Source of the DNA: Campylobacterota bacterium
GTDB taxonomy: Bacteria > Campylobacterota > Campylobacteria > Campylobacterales > Sulfurovaceae
Length of the DNA: 42,512 nucleotides
Reading direction: 5' to 3'
Assembly: GCA_034722955.1 (NCBI GenBank)
Contig: JAYEOM010000063.1
Coordinates: 1 to 42,512, forward strand
Both the position numbers and the translations under genes were made by a program. Shown in pieces: positions 30,363 through 39,564 of this stretch. The notes under the pieces are model-generated. The model ran no database searches. It saw only the letters and a program-made list of their open reading frames with translations, and was not told the origin of the DNA. The stretch's first letter is position 1, and each line of letters starts with the position of its first letter.

Positions 30363-31007
30363 CTACGGGGTACATCTAAGGAACTCCACATACTGTTCCA
30401 ATCCACCCTCAACACTCCACCACTCAGGATATAAGGCATCATAAAATGGTTTTGTTACCTCATCAAAACTCTCCCTATCCTCAAACAGATTGACACACCA
30501 ATCAAAATCAATCTCCCTAGATGTGAGTGCCTCTATACTCAAGAGTGTGTCATTGATAGATCCTAAACGGCTAGGTGTAACCAGAAGTACCTTGGTATCG
30601 AGTGCTTGTATCAAATCTATCATCATAAAATCTCTAGTGATAGGAACCATCAAACCCCCTGCACCCTCTATGATGAGAAGATCGCAATATTGTGAGAGTT
30701 CATCAATCTTTTCCAAGATCTTCTCTATCTCTATCGTTTGATTCGTGTCAGCAGAGAATGGGGCAGCAGGCAGAGAGAAAGTATAGGCTGTGATATCAGT
30801 GGGGCTTAGTGATGCGAAAGCAGGATTGTGAACCCCACATGCCTCTAGAAGTATCTTGGCATCGACAGGTATATCATCGACCCCTGTCTCTATAGGTTTG
30901 CAGACACCTACAGAGATCCCCTGATCGGAAAATGCCCCAATCAGCTCTATAGTAGTGTAAGTTTTACCGATATTTGTGCCTGTAGCTGTGACAAAAAGTG
31001 TTTGCAT
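30363..31007 (-). CDS. bioD: Dethiobiotin synthase BioD
   Basis: TGTNIGKT, KPIETG, EGAGGLMVP, LGSINDTLL; ATG 31007 fits the GAGGA SD spacing. Confidence 0.93.
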   Translation of the reverse strand: MQTLFVTATGTNIGKTYTTIELIGAFSDQGISVGVCKPIETGVDDIPVDAKILLEACGVHNPAFASLSPTDITAYTFSLPAAPFSADTNQTIEIEKILEKIDELSQYCDLLIIEGAGGLMVPITRDFMMIDLIQALDTKVLLVTPSRLGSINDTLLSIEALTSREIDFDWCVNLFEDRESFDEVTKPFYDALYPEWWSVEGGLEQYVEFLRCTP

Positions 31008-31067
31008 TTGCAAATCCTCAAAATTTTTGTATAATATATCAAAAAGTCTATTGCATAAAGGATAGAA

Positions 31068-31367
31068 TTGCCTAAAATTAATGAGAGTGCAGAGGTATCA
31101 CTAGAGATCCAAGAGCCAGATATGTATCAAGTACTGCTACACAACGATGACTATACCAGTATGGATTTTGTTGTAGAGATATTGATGAAAGTTTTCCACA
31201 AAAATATACAAGATGCAGAGACGATCATGATTATGATCCATGAAAAGGGGAGTGCCATCTGCGGTCTATATAGTTACGAAATTGCACAAACAAAAGCCCA
31301 ACAGGTCAAAAAACTTGCCAGACAAAATGAGTTTCCCCTACTAGCAACGATAGAAAAGGATCTTTAG
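31068..31367 (+). CDS. clpS: Clp protease adaptor ClpS
   Basis: VLLHNDDYTSMDFVV, YEIAQTK, FPL. Confidence 0.95.
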   Translation: MPKINESAEVSLEIQEPDMYQVLLHNDDYTSMDFVVEILMKVFHKNIQDAETIMIMIHEKGSAICGLYSYEIAQTKAQQVKKLARQNEFPLLATIEKDL

Positions 31368-33554
31368 ATGATCAGTATCACACTCAATAATGTCTTCAAA
31401 AATTCTGTAGTCTATGCCAAAGAGAGTAGACATGAGTACTTAACACTCGAACATATCTTCTGGTCTATTCTCCGGAGCGATGAGGGGCGTTATATCTTTC
31501 AAGTACTAGATATCGATCCAGACAAGCTATCTAAAGGGATCACTGACCATATCCACGACACAATGCCCTCTCTCAACGAAGCGATAGAGCCTTTTGAGAC
31601 AGCAGTACTCTCGCAAGCGATCAATGATATGATGACACATATCCATAGCTCTGGACGCAAAGAGGCCACTGTAGGAGATATGCTTGCTGCTATATTTTTG
31701 CAAAAAGAGTCTTATGCTGTCTACCTGATGAAAAAAGAGGGGATAGATCGTCTCGATATCCTAGAGGTGATCTCTCATCAGCTAAATGAGGGCAAAGAGA
31801 GCCAGAAGGAGAAGGGAGAGGATACAGTACTTGAACAGTTCACCCAAGAGCTGGTAGAACTCTCCAAAACAGGCAAAATAGACCCTGTAGTAGGGCGGAG
31901 AGGGGAGATAGAGCGAGTCATGCAGACTCTATGCCGCAGGAAAAAGAACAATCCCCTGCTAGTAGGTGAACCAGGGGTAGGCAAAACAGCTATAGCAGAG
32001 GGTCTTGCACTGAAGATCTCTGACGATGAAGTACCCGATGTCTTAAAGGGATCCAAGATATTTGCACTGGATATGGGAGCACTAGTCGCAGGGACGAAGT
32101 ATCGTGGCGATTTTGAAAAACGGCTCAAAGCTATACTTGAAGAACTCCAAGAGATCGATAAAGCAGTACTCTTTATCGATGAGATACATACTATGGTTGG
32201 TGCGGGGAGTACAAGCGGTGGCAGTATGGATGCAGCCAATATCCTCAAGCCGGCACTTGCTAGAGGTGATATCAAGTGTATCGGAGCAACCACCTACTCT
32301 GAGTACCGTAACTTCTTTGACAAAGACAAAGCCCTATCTCGCAGATTTGCCAAGATAGATGTAGAGGAGCCCAGCATCGAAGATACGATGATGATCCTAC
32401 AGGGTGTCAAGCACAAGTATGAGGCTTATCATGATATTACCTTCAGTGATGAGTCACTGCAGAGGGCTATCGACCTCTCGGTAAAGTATCTACATGATCG
32501 CTTCCTCCCCGACAAAGCGATGGATATCATCGATGAGGTGGGAGCTCACTTTATGCTTCGGGGCAGATCAGGTGTAACAGTCACACCCAAAGATATAGAA
32601 GAGAGTATTTCCAAAATGCTCAAACTGCCATCTACAGTCATAGGGACAGATGATACCCAGAAGCTCAAAACCTTAGAGGAGGATCTCAAAGAGAAGATCA
32701 TAGGTCAAAACCATGCTATAGAGGCACTAGGAGGAGCGATCAAACGCTCTTATGCCGGTCTCAATAGACCCAACAGCCCTATCGGCAGTTTTCTCTTTGT
32801 CGGACCTACAGGTGTAGGGAAGACTGCACTAGCTGTGGAGTTGGCAGATACTATGCATGTACATTTCGAGCGTCTTGACATGAGTGAGTATATGGAGAAA
32901 CACTCTATCAGCAGGTTGATCGGAGCCCCTCCGGGATATGTGGGATTTGAGCAGGGCGGACTCCTCACAGAGATGATCAAGAAGTACCCACATACTGTAC
33001 TTTTGCTAGATGAGATCGAAAAGGCACACCCTGATATCATGAATATCCTGCTACAGGTTATGGATGGTGCAAAACTCACCGATAACAATGGTATGGTTAG
33101 TGATTTTAAAAATGTGATATTGATCATGACATCAAATATAGGTACAAAAGAGGCAAATGTCATGGGCTTCACGAAGGATAACTCAAGCAAAACGGAGAGT
33201 GCTCTAAAGGATTTCTTCACGCCTGAGTTTAGAAATCGCCTCAGTGCCACTATCACCTTCAAACCTCTCTCGCTTGATACTCTCATCACAATCGTTGATC
33301 GTGAACTTGAAAAACTAAATCTACAGATGAGTGACAAAAAGATCAAAATCAAAGTAACAAAAGAGGCAAAAGCCTATCTAGCAAAAGAGGGTTATGATGA
33401 GAAGTATGGTGCTAGACACATCGCTCGTGTCATAGATGAGTATATCAAAGAGAGATTGATAGATGAGATCCTATTTGGCAGCCTGAAAGATGGCGGTCGT
33501 GTCAAAGTTGGATTTAAAAGTGAAAATTTAAGCTTTGACTTCAAGGAGAGATAG
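31368..33554 (+). CDS. clpA: ATP-dependent Clp protease ATPase ClpA
   Basis: Two AAA+ modules (GEPGVGKT; GPTGVGKT), no middle coiled coil, MGF loop, follows clpS. Confidence 0.95.
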   Translation: MISITLNNVFKNSVVYAKESRHEYLTLEHIFWSILRSDEGRYIFQVLDIDPDKLSKGITDHIHDTMPSLNEAIEPFETAVLSQAINDMMTHIHSSGRKEATVGDMLAAIFLQKESYAVYLMKKEGIDRLDILEVISHQLNEGKESQKEKGEDTVLEQFTQELVELSKTGKIDPVVGRRGEIERVMQTLCRRKKNNPLLVGEPGVGKTAIAEGLALKISDDEVPDVLKGSKIFALDMGALVAGTKYRGDFEKRLKAILEELQEIDKAVLFIDEIHTMVGAGSTSGGSMDAANILKPALARGDIKCIGATTYSEYRNFFDKDKALSRRFAKIDVEEPSIEDTMMILQGVKHKYEAYHDITFSDESLQRAIDLSVKYLHDRFLPDKAMDIIDEVGAHFMLRGRSGVTVTPKDIEESISKMLKLPSTVIGTDDTQKLKTLEEDLKEKIIGQNHAIEALGGAIKRSYAGLNRPNSPIGSFLFVGPTGVGKTALAVELADTMHVHFERLDMSEYMEKHSISRLIGAPPGYVGFEQGGLLTEMIKKYPHTVLLLDEIEKAHPDIMNILLQVMDGAKLTDNNGMVSDFKNVILIMTSNIGTKEANVMGFTKDNSSKTESALKDFFTPEFRNRLSATITFKPLSLDTLITIVDRELEKLNLQMSDKKIKIKVTKEAKAYLAKEGYDEKYGARHIARVIDEYIKERLIDEILFGSLKDGGRVKVGFKSENLSFDFKER

Positions 33555-33555
33555 T

Positions 33556-34281
33556 TTGGGTTCTATGTTTGAAGAGGGCTACTCAATAGCCCCTCTGAGA
33601 AAAGATCTCATCTTTCCAAATCCAAGGCATGCAGCCACAGAGGGTTTGTTGGCATTTGGTGGCGATCTCTCTCCCAATCGCCTGCTAACAGCTTATCGCA
33701 AAGGGATCTTCCCTTGGTACAATGCAGATGATCCTATACTCTGGTGGTCTCCCGACCCAAGAATGCTACTCTACCCTATAGAGTTCAAAGTGAGCAGATC
33801 ATTTAGAAGAGTCCTAAGAAATAGCCATTTTAGAGTGAAATTTGATCACGCATTTGAAGAGGTTATTCGACTCTGCGGAACAGTACCACGCAGAGACCAA
33901 AACGGAACTTGGCTCATCAGCGAGATGCAAGAGGCGTATATAGAGCTGCATGATATGGGATTTGCTCATAGTGTTGAGGTATATCTCGATGAAGAGTTAG
34001 TCGGCGGACTTTATGGTATCGCTATGGGAAAGGCTTTTTTTGGAGAGTCTATGTTCTCCCTCAAGAGCAATGCATCAAAAGTTGCATTCAAGGCACTAAG
34101 CGATGTTTTGGGCTTGAGAGAGTATGATTTTATAGATTGCCAAATAGAGAATGATCATCTTCTCCGTATGGGAGCCACTATCGTATCAAGAGATAACTTT
34201 TTGGATAAACTAGAGCAGAGCTTGGAGAAGCCTAGTGATTTGGGATCATGGAGAGATTTCAAATGGGAGTTTGCAGAGTAG
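33556..34281 (+). CDS. aat: Leucyl/phenylalanyl-tRNA--protein transferase
   Basis: GLLAFGGDL, AY.KGIFPW, WWSPDPR, FFGESMFS, IDCQ; TTG 33556 has AAGGAG SD (ATG 33565 is the alternative). Confidence 0.93.
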   Translation: MGSMFEEGYSIAPLRKDLIFPNPRHAATEGLLAFGGDLSPNRLLTAYRKGIFPWYNADDPILWWSPDPRMLLYPIEFKVSRSFRRVLRNSHFRVKFDHAFEEVIRLCGTVPRRDQNGTWLISEMQEAYIELHDMGFAHSVEVYLDEELVGGLYGIAMGKAFFGESMFSLKSNASKVAFKALSDVLGLREYDFIDCQIENDHLLRMGATIVSRDNFLDKLEQSLEKPSDLGSWRDFKWEFAE

Positions 34282-34316
34282 TATCATATCAACAGGACGA
34301 TTAACCCCTGCTTCAC

Positions 34317-34382
34317 TCAATATAGTTTCACTGCGAGATAGATAATTGTAATGAGTATGATTAGTACTCTAGCATAAGGCAT
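34317..34382 (-). CDS. Candidate small hydrophobic type I toxin (Ibs-like), MPYARVLIILITIIYLAVKLY
   Basis: 21-aa single-TM ORF ending in Tyr, below the ORF-track cutoff; in-frame upstream ATG at 34406 gives 29 aa; SD is weak or distant. Confidence 0.5.
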   Translation of the reverse strand: MPYARVLIILITIIYLAVKLY

Positions 34383-34423
34383 TATTTGAGATTCCCACGC
34401 CTCCATCCAACTAAAAAGTAGCC

Positions 34424-34458
34424 AAAAAAAGGTAGTTAGAGAAAAACTCTAACTACCT
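34424..34458 (-). terminator. Rho-independent terminator
   Basis: Perfect 12-bp stem aggtagttagag/ctctaactacct with 5-nt loop, followed by a T run on the minus strand. Confidence 0.75.
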
Positions 34459-34552
34459 CCTCTCAACAATACTTGGTAGTCAATCATTTTTGGTGAGTTT
34501 TACAAAATTTCTATCGATTTTGTATCATTATGAAGTTCCCATTGAAAACCCA

Positions 34553-34840
34553 CTAAATACGCTTTTTAATATCCGACCAGCCCTCCATCCTAAAGCCATG
34601 AACACTCTTGACGCACTCTTTGAGACCCTCTATAGTAGAGAGTTCATCTACTGCATCAAATATAGAGTCTATATCATCTTTATCTTCAGTTCTATATACT
34701 GAGCCTTGGAGTCCGATAAACCCTGCTCTATACACCTTAGAGAGTCTTGATGTAGCCTTTTTTGGAGCCTCTGATTCATCTAATTCAGGGTGCTTCTCTT
34801 TTATGAAGTCTTAATATTTCAAATTCACTGGATAAAACAC
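34553..34840 (-). pseudogene. vapD: VapD-like (Cas2-fold) nuclease gene with in-frame TAA at codon 10
   Basis: GFIGLQGSVY...IFDAVDEL...VKSVHGFRMEGWSDI matches the VapD pattern GF..QGS.Y/F..E.WSD; GTG 34840 is in frame (95 codons) but TAA at 34811-34813 interrupts it. Confidence 0.65.
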
Positions 34841-34925
34841 TATATTTCTTTCATAATAAAAAACATCCTATAGAGACGGGATTTGACAAAATTTACATTT
34901 GGGATCAAAACTATTGATCAATCTT

Positions 34926-37900
34926 CTACACACCAACTTTTGAAGCCAATCTCTTCTGATTTAGAAAAGTATAAAGTACAGGTAGATAGAGTAGATTCAA
35001 TACTGTCCCCCAAGCCAACCCAAACCCTAGTGCTATGGCTAGGGGTTGGAATATGGCGGCTTGTCCTGTGGGAAAGAAGATGAGGGTGGAGAGTCCTACT
35101 AGAGTTGTGACAGAGGTCAGGACGATAGGGCGAAATCGTCTGGCGGCTAGGGTGTAGATATCTTCTATAGTGTTCGCCTTTTTGAGAGTCATGAGCATAA
35201 TGATACCATCATTGACTACGACACCGGAGAGTCCTAGTATCCCTACTAGTGAAGGCATTCCGATATTGACACCTAGCAGCTTATGTCCGACAATAACGCC
35301 TAAAAGTGAAAAAGGTATGACCGAAAGCAGCATAAAAGATTCTCTAAAGGAGTTGAAGAGGTATAGCATTGAGAGCAGTATCAGTATCAGGGCAAGAGCG
35401 GAGGCTGAGATCATATCGTTTTTCAGTTCAGCTTTTTTCTCTTGTTCGCCTTTCTGTACGATTTTTATGCCACTCTCTTGGATCTCTTGAAGTATCGGTT
35501 CGAGTGCTGTGAGTACCTCTTGAGTAGTGATGATCTGGGGATCTATATTGGCAAAGAGATAGAAGTTTTTGACTCCACTATCTTTGGTGACCTTCTCAAA
35601 TGCTTTTATGGATTCAAATGTTGCGATCTCTTGGAGTGCCACACTGCTGCCGTCTCCTAGCGGTATCTGTAGTTCTTCAAGTCTCTCTAGGCTATCTTTT
35701 TGGAGGCTCTGCACCTTAACCTCCAGAAGTCCTTCGTCATTGAAGGTTGTGGAGATTTTTCGTGAGAGATATAGGTCTGAGACGCTCTTTCCGATCGTCG
35801 CCTCATCTATACCAAGTGATTCACCATAGGAGTTGATATGGAGTTTGATCTCATCGATCCCAAACTGGATATTGTCTGTGATCGTGATGACTCCTGCTGT
35901 GGTTTCGAGCTTGCTTTCGAGTCTCTGCATAGCTTGGATGATCGCTTGGTTATCTTCTGAGATGAGTCCGATCTTGATATCTGCTTTGATAGGACCTACT
36001 TTTCGCTGAACTATAGATAGATCACGCAGTCCAAATCGCTCTTTGTAGTTCTGTTCTTTAAGATATAGAGCCAGTTGTTTGGATATCTCAGCTGATTTTA
36101 GCTCTCTTATTCTCTGGGTTTTGTCGTAATAAAATGAGAGATATGGAGTGATATATCTATCTACCAAGTTTTGTGCCTTGAGCTTCTCTAGCTCTATAGT
36201 GATATCTCCCACATAGGGATAAGTTTCGCTATTGGAGGCACTATCTCGCCTAAACCCTGCAACAGAGCCGATATGTTTGATATAGAACTTCTCTTTGAGA
36301 GGATATAGATCTAGTTGTATCTGCTCTAATATTTTATTCATCGCTTCAACACTAGTATTGACATCTGCCTTGAGTGCGATATGTATGGTTTTGGAGTCAA
36401 AGCGGGGGAACATTTGGAATTTACTTGATTTGAAGGCGAGTACCGTTAGCAGTGGAACTATGACAACAAATGTGACAAGAAATCCCTTTTTGTGTCGCAT
36501 CAGATAGTGGATGATAAGGCTATAGATATGTTTGGATTTTGCCCAAGAGTGTGTCTTTTGATCTGCTGATAGGGTGTGTGAGGCGTGTATAGGGAGAAAT
36601 ATAAATGACTCGATGAGAGAGGCGATAACCAAGACAGAGACTGCTATAGGGATGAGCTTCATCACCTCTCCCATCTTGCCCGATATGAGCAGTGCAGGTA
36701 TAAAGGCAAAGAGAGTAGTCAAAGAGGCGATGACAACAGGCTTTGCCATCTCTTTGGCACCGAGTATGGCAGCCTCTTTTGCCTCATACCCCTTCTCGAT
36801 ATACTGTTGTATATTTTCACTGACTACTATAGCATCATCGACTATGATCCCTAGAGCTAGGAGAACTCCTATGAGTGAAATCATATTGATACTGTAGCCA
36901 AAGAGATAGAGTGCAAAAGCTCCGATGAGAAAAGAGGTCGGTATCCCCAGAGCGATGATAAATGCCATACGGGAGTTGATGAGCCATGCAACCAGCATGG
37001 TGATGATGACGAGTCCTAGCAGGATATTGGAGATGACGATATTGAGTCTATCTTTGACCTTCTCTGATCGATCATTGTGAACAAAGGCTTCGATCTTGGG
37101 ATTTTGCTCACGAAATTTGACAAGCAGGGACTCTATCTTCTCTCCTAGACGCAATGCATTTCCTTTTTCATCCTGCTTGACGACGATATTGAGAGCTGTT
37201 TTGGTATCCATCAAAAAGAGTGTCTGTGCATCCTCATGATGTTTTTCTACCTTGGCTATATCTTTGAGATAGAGAGATTTGCCTTCGACGATGATACGCA
37301 TATCTCCCCAAGCCTCCGCACTCTTCTTGCCATTGGCAGTAGAGAGATAAAAAAATCCCCCCCCCTCATCCTCTATCTTCCCCAAAGGAAATATAAAAGA
37401 GAGTTTTCTAATAGCAGTGACGACACTCTCTGAGCTAAGATCAAAGGCTCTGATCTTTTGTGTATCTAGCTCTATCTCATAGATGATATCTGAGTCTCCA
37501 TATATCTCCACCTCGGAGATATATTTGATAGTGCTTAGCTGCTCTTTGAGTTTCTGGGCTTTGATCTTGAGAGCTGAGAGAGGGAGGCTATCTGAAGCGA
37601 TGACGATATTGAGAAGGTCTCGCTTGACCTCCAGAACTTTGACTACAGGCTCATCCATATCCTCTGGGAGATCTCTCTTGGCGATAGCAAGGGCATCCTT
37701 GACTTTGTCTGCGGTATTGTATTTATCTACACCTTTTTCGAGTTCGAGAACGATGGTAAACCTACCAGGGTTGATGATGGTTGTCAAATCTTTGATGCCA
37801 TCGATATTGTCGATCTCCTCTTCGAGAGGTTTGACTGCCATCTTGTCCATCACATCGAGGGAAGCACCGCTGTAGTTACCTGTGATAGAGACCATATCCA

Positions 37901-38030
37901 GGTCAAAGGAGGGGAAGATCTCTTTGGGTATCTTGATATAGGAGTAGATACCTACTGCTATAATGAGAAAAAAGAGTGTATAGTTCATTCGTGCATTTTG
38001 AGTAAAAAATCGTATCATATTGCTGAACAT
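34926..38030 (-). CDS. RND efflux permease (AcrB/AcrD/AcrF family)
   Basis: 1034 aa, two large periplasmic loops, IVDDAIVVSEN, VVNDGII, RFRPIVLTS; TATAAT at 38062-38067. Confidence 0.92.
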   Translation of the reverse strand: MFSNMIRFFTQNARMNYTLFFLIIAVGIYSYIKIPKEIFPSFDLDMVSITGNYSGASLDVMDKMAVKPLEEEIDNIDGIKDLTTIINPGRFTIVLELEKGVDKYNTADKVKDALAIAKRDLPEDMDEPVVKVLEVKRDLLNIVIASDSLPLSALKIKAQKLKEQLSTIKYISEVEIYGDSDIIYEIELDTQKIRAFDLSSESVVTAIRKLSFIFPLGKIEDEGGGFFYLSTANGKKSAEAWGDMRIIVEGKSLYLKDIAKVEKHHEDAQTLFLMDTKTALNIVVKQDEKGNALRLGEKIESLLVKFREQNPKIEAFVHNDRSEKVKDRLNIVISNILLGLVIITMLVAWLINSRMAFIIALGIPTSFLIGAFALYLFGYSINMISLIGVLLALGIIVDDAIVVSENIQQYIEKGYEAKEAAILGAKEMAKPVVIASLTTLFAFIPALLISGKMGEVMKLIPIAVSVLVIASLIESFIFLPIHASHTLSADQKTHSWAKSKHIYSLIIHYLMRHKKGFLVTFVVIVPLLTVLAFKSSKFQMFPRFDSKTIHIALKADVNTSVEAMNKILEQIQLDLYPLKEKFYIKHIGSVAGFRRDSASNSETYPYVGDITIELEKLKAQNLVDRYITPYLSFYYDKTQRIRELKSAEISKQLALYLKEQNYKERFGLRDLSIVQRKVGPIKADIKIGLISEDNQAIIQAMQRLESKLETTAGVITITDNIQFGIDEIKLHINSYGESLGIDEATIGKSVSDLYLSRKISTTFNDEGLLEVKVQSLQKDSLERLEELQIPLGDGSSVALQEIATFESIKAFEKVTKDSGVKNFYLFANIDPQIITTQEVLTALEPILQEIQESGIKIVQKGEQEKKAELKNDMISASALALILILLSMLYLFNSFRESFMLLSVIPFSLLGVIVGHKLLGVNIGMPSLVGILGLSGVVVNDGIIMLMTLKKANTIEDIYTLAARRFRPIVLTSVTTLVGLSTLIFFPTGQAAIFQPLAIALGFGLAWGTVLNLLYLPVLYTFLNQKRLASKVGV

Positions 38031-38127
38031 AGTTGATGCCTCTTGGGATTATTCATAAGAGATTATACTGTAAAAGAGGTGCATAAGAGTGCCTCTTCCC
38101 TCTATTTGGATAGGAAAAGGCTATATT

Positions 38128-38604
38128 TTAAAGGCTGGCGTAGTATTTACTTCCATCTGCGAAGGTATTTACCGTAAGTTTGGAGAATTTTTCGAGATAG
38201 CTCCAGAAATCATCTATCACCGCTGCATCAACTCCCTCTAGCTCATCAAGTGCTTCACGCATAGTTCCTAGCCACTCTACGCGAGACTTCTCATAGATGG
38301 AGAAGTCATCATGGATACGAACCATATACTCATTGAGATCCACTCCTTTTGCTTCACTCTCATAAACTTTTGGTCCACCGCAGATCTGGATGAAAAATTT
38401 GGTATTTTTCACTTTGATCTCATTGAACTCATCTTCATCCTGAGGGAAAAAGTTGGCGATATCACTCTCATAGATCTTATCATAAAAGTTATACATTAGT
38501 TTCTGCATACCCTCTTCTCTGCCTACAGCTTCATAAAAAGCAGGATCTGGGTTTTTGAAGTCCACATGTTCACCCTTGACGGTTGGGGTTATCTCAAGGC
38601 TCAT
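38128..38604 (-). CDS. Truncated (2/2) hemoglobin, probably group II
   Basis: FY (B9-B10), CD1 Phe, GGP, proximal His (RIHDDF), G8 Trp (EWLGTM). Confidence 0.8.
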   Translation of the reverse strand: MSLEITPTVKGEHVDFKNPDPAFYEAVGREEGMQKLMYNFYDKIYESDIANFFPQDEDEFNEIKVKNTKFFIQICGGPKVYESEAKGVDLNEYMVRIHDDFSIYEKSRVEWLGTMREALDELEGVDAAVIDDFWSYLEKFSKLTVNTFADGSKYYASL

Positions 38605-38677
38605 TTTTTTCCTTTATAATTCGGGTTTATTTAGCCATATTCTATCAAATTATTATAAATATAAGGAACCTCTGGGA

Positions 38678-39553
38678 CTATTGGTCACAGTAGCGTCTCA
38701 TCAAATCGCCATAACTCTCAATCCTGCGATCTCTGAGAAAAGGCCAAATATCGCGTACCTCTTTGGTGCGGTTATGGTCAATATCAGCATATAGGATGAT
38801 CTCATTTTTTGGATCTGCTTGAGCTAGTATCTCCCCTTGGACTCCACAGACAAAGCTGTGACCCCAAAAGTGAATCCCCTCCATCACACCGGAACTATCA
38901 GCTTCAAATCCTACACGATTGCATGATAGTAGAGGTATGGCGTTGGCGATAGCATGGGAGCGTTGGATGGTGACCCAGCTCTGAAGCTGTCTCTTTTTTT
39001 CCTCTTGGCTGTCGGAGTCGAACCAGCCTATGGCTGTGGGATAGATGAGCAGTTCGGCCCCTTTGAGTGTCATGATGCGTGCTGCTTCAGGATACCACTG
39101 ATCCCAACAGATGAGTACGCCTAGTCTGCCTACACTGGTCTGGATGGGTTCAAAACCCAGATCGCCGGGGGTAAAGTAGAATTTTTCATAAAATCCAGGG
39201 TCATCGGGGATATGCATCTTGCGATATTTCCCAGCCACACTCCCATCTCTTTCAAAGACTACTGCTGTATTGTGATAGAGTCCAGAGGTGCGTTTCTCGA
39301 AAAGTGAAGTGACAAGAACGATACTGTTAACTCTAGCAACTTCACCCCAATAGAGTATATCTGCTTCATACTCACTAGCATATTCAAAAAACTTAACATC
39401 TTCACTCTGGCAGAAGTACTCATTTTGATGGAGTTCCTGCAGGACGATCAGTTCTGCTCCGTTCATGGATGCCTCTTTGATCTTTTCAGAGGTTTTATCA
39501 ATAGTTTTTTGTCTCTCTCCGTAGTACTCTTGTTGAATCAGTGCAACTTTCAA
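38678..39553 (-). CDS. aguB: N-carbamoylputrescine amidase (nitrilase superfamily)
   Basis: LQEL, YRKMHIPDDPGFYEKFYF, ICWDQWYPE, PTAIG; next to agmatine deiminase. Confidence 0.9.
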   Translation of the reverse strand: MKVALIQQEYYGERQKTIDKTSEKIKEASMNGAELIVLQELHQNEYFCQSEDVKFFEYASEYEADILYWGEVARVNSIVLVTSLFEKRTSGLYHNTAVVFERDGSVAGKYRKMHIPDDPGFYEKFYFTPGDLGFEPIQTSVGRLGVLICWDQWYPEAARIMTLKGAELLIYPTAIGWFDSDSQEEKKRQLQSWVTIQRSHAIANAIPLLSCNRVGFEADSSGVMEGIHFWGHSFVCGVQGEILAQADPKNEIILYADIDHNRTKEVRDIWPFLRDRRIESYGDLMRRYCDQ

Positions 39554-39564
39554 ATCTCTCTCCT

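Noticed and set aside
31068..34281. clpS-clpA-aat as a novel system
   Set aside because: Established N-degron pathway cluster.
34388..34400. gagattcccacgc resembling half of a REP-like palindrome
   Set aside because: No complementary arm and no second copy in the window.
34553..34840. Cas2-like fold as a sign of a CRISPR locus
   Set aside because: Motifs fit VapD; no cas1 or array in the window.
38662..38672. TAA-GGAACCTC resembling a family-A TIR start
   Set aside because: Only 8 bp of TIR and no partner end; it may be a remnant but cannot be supported.
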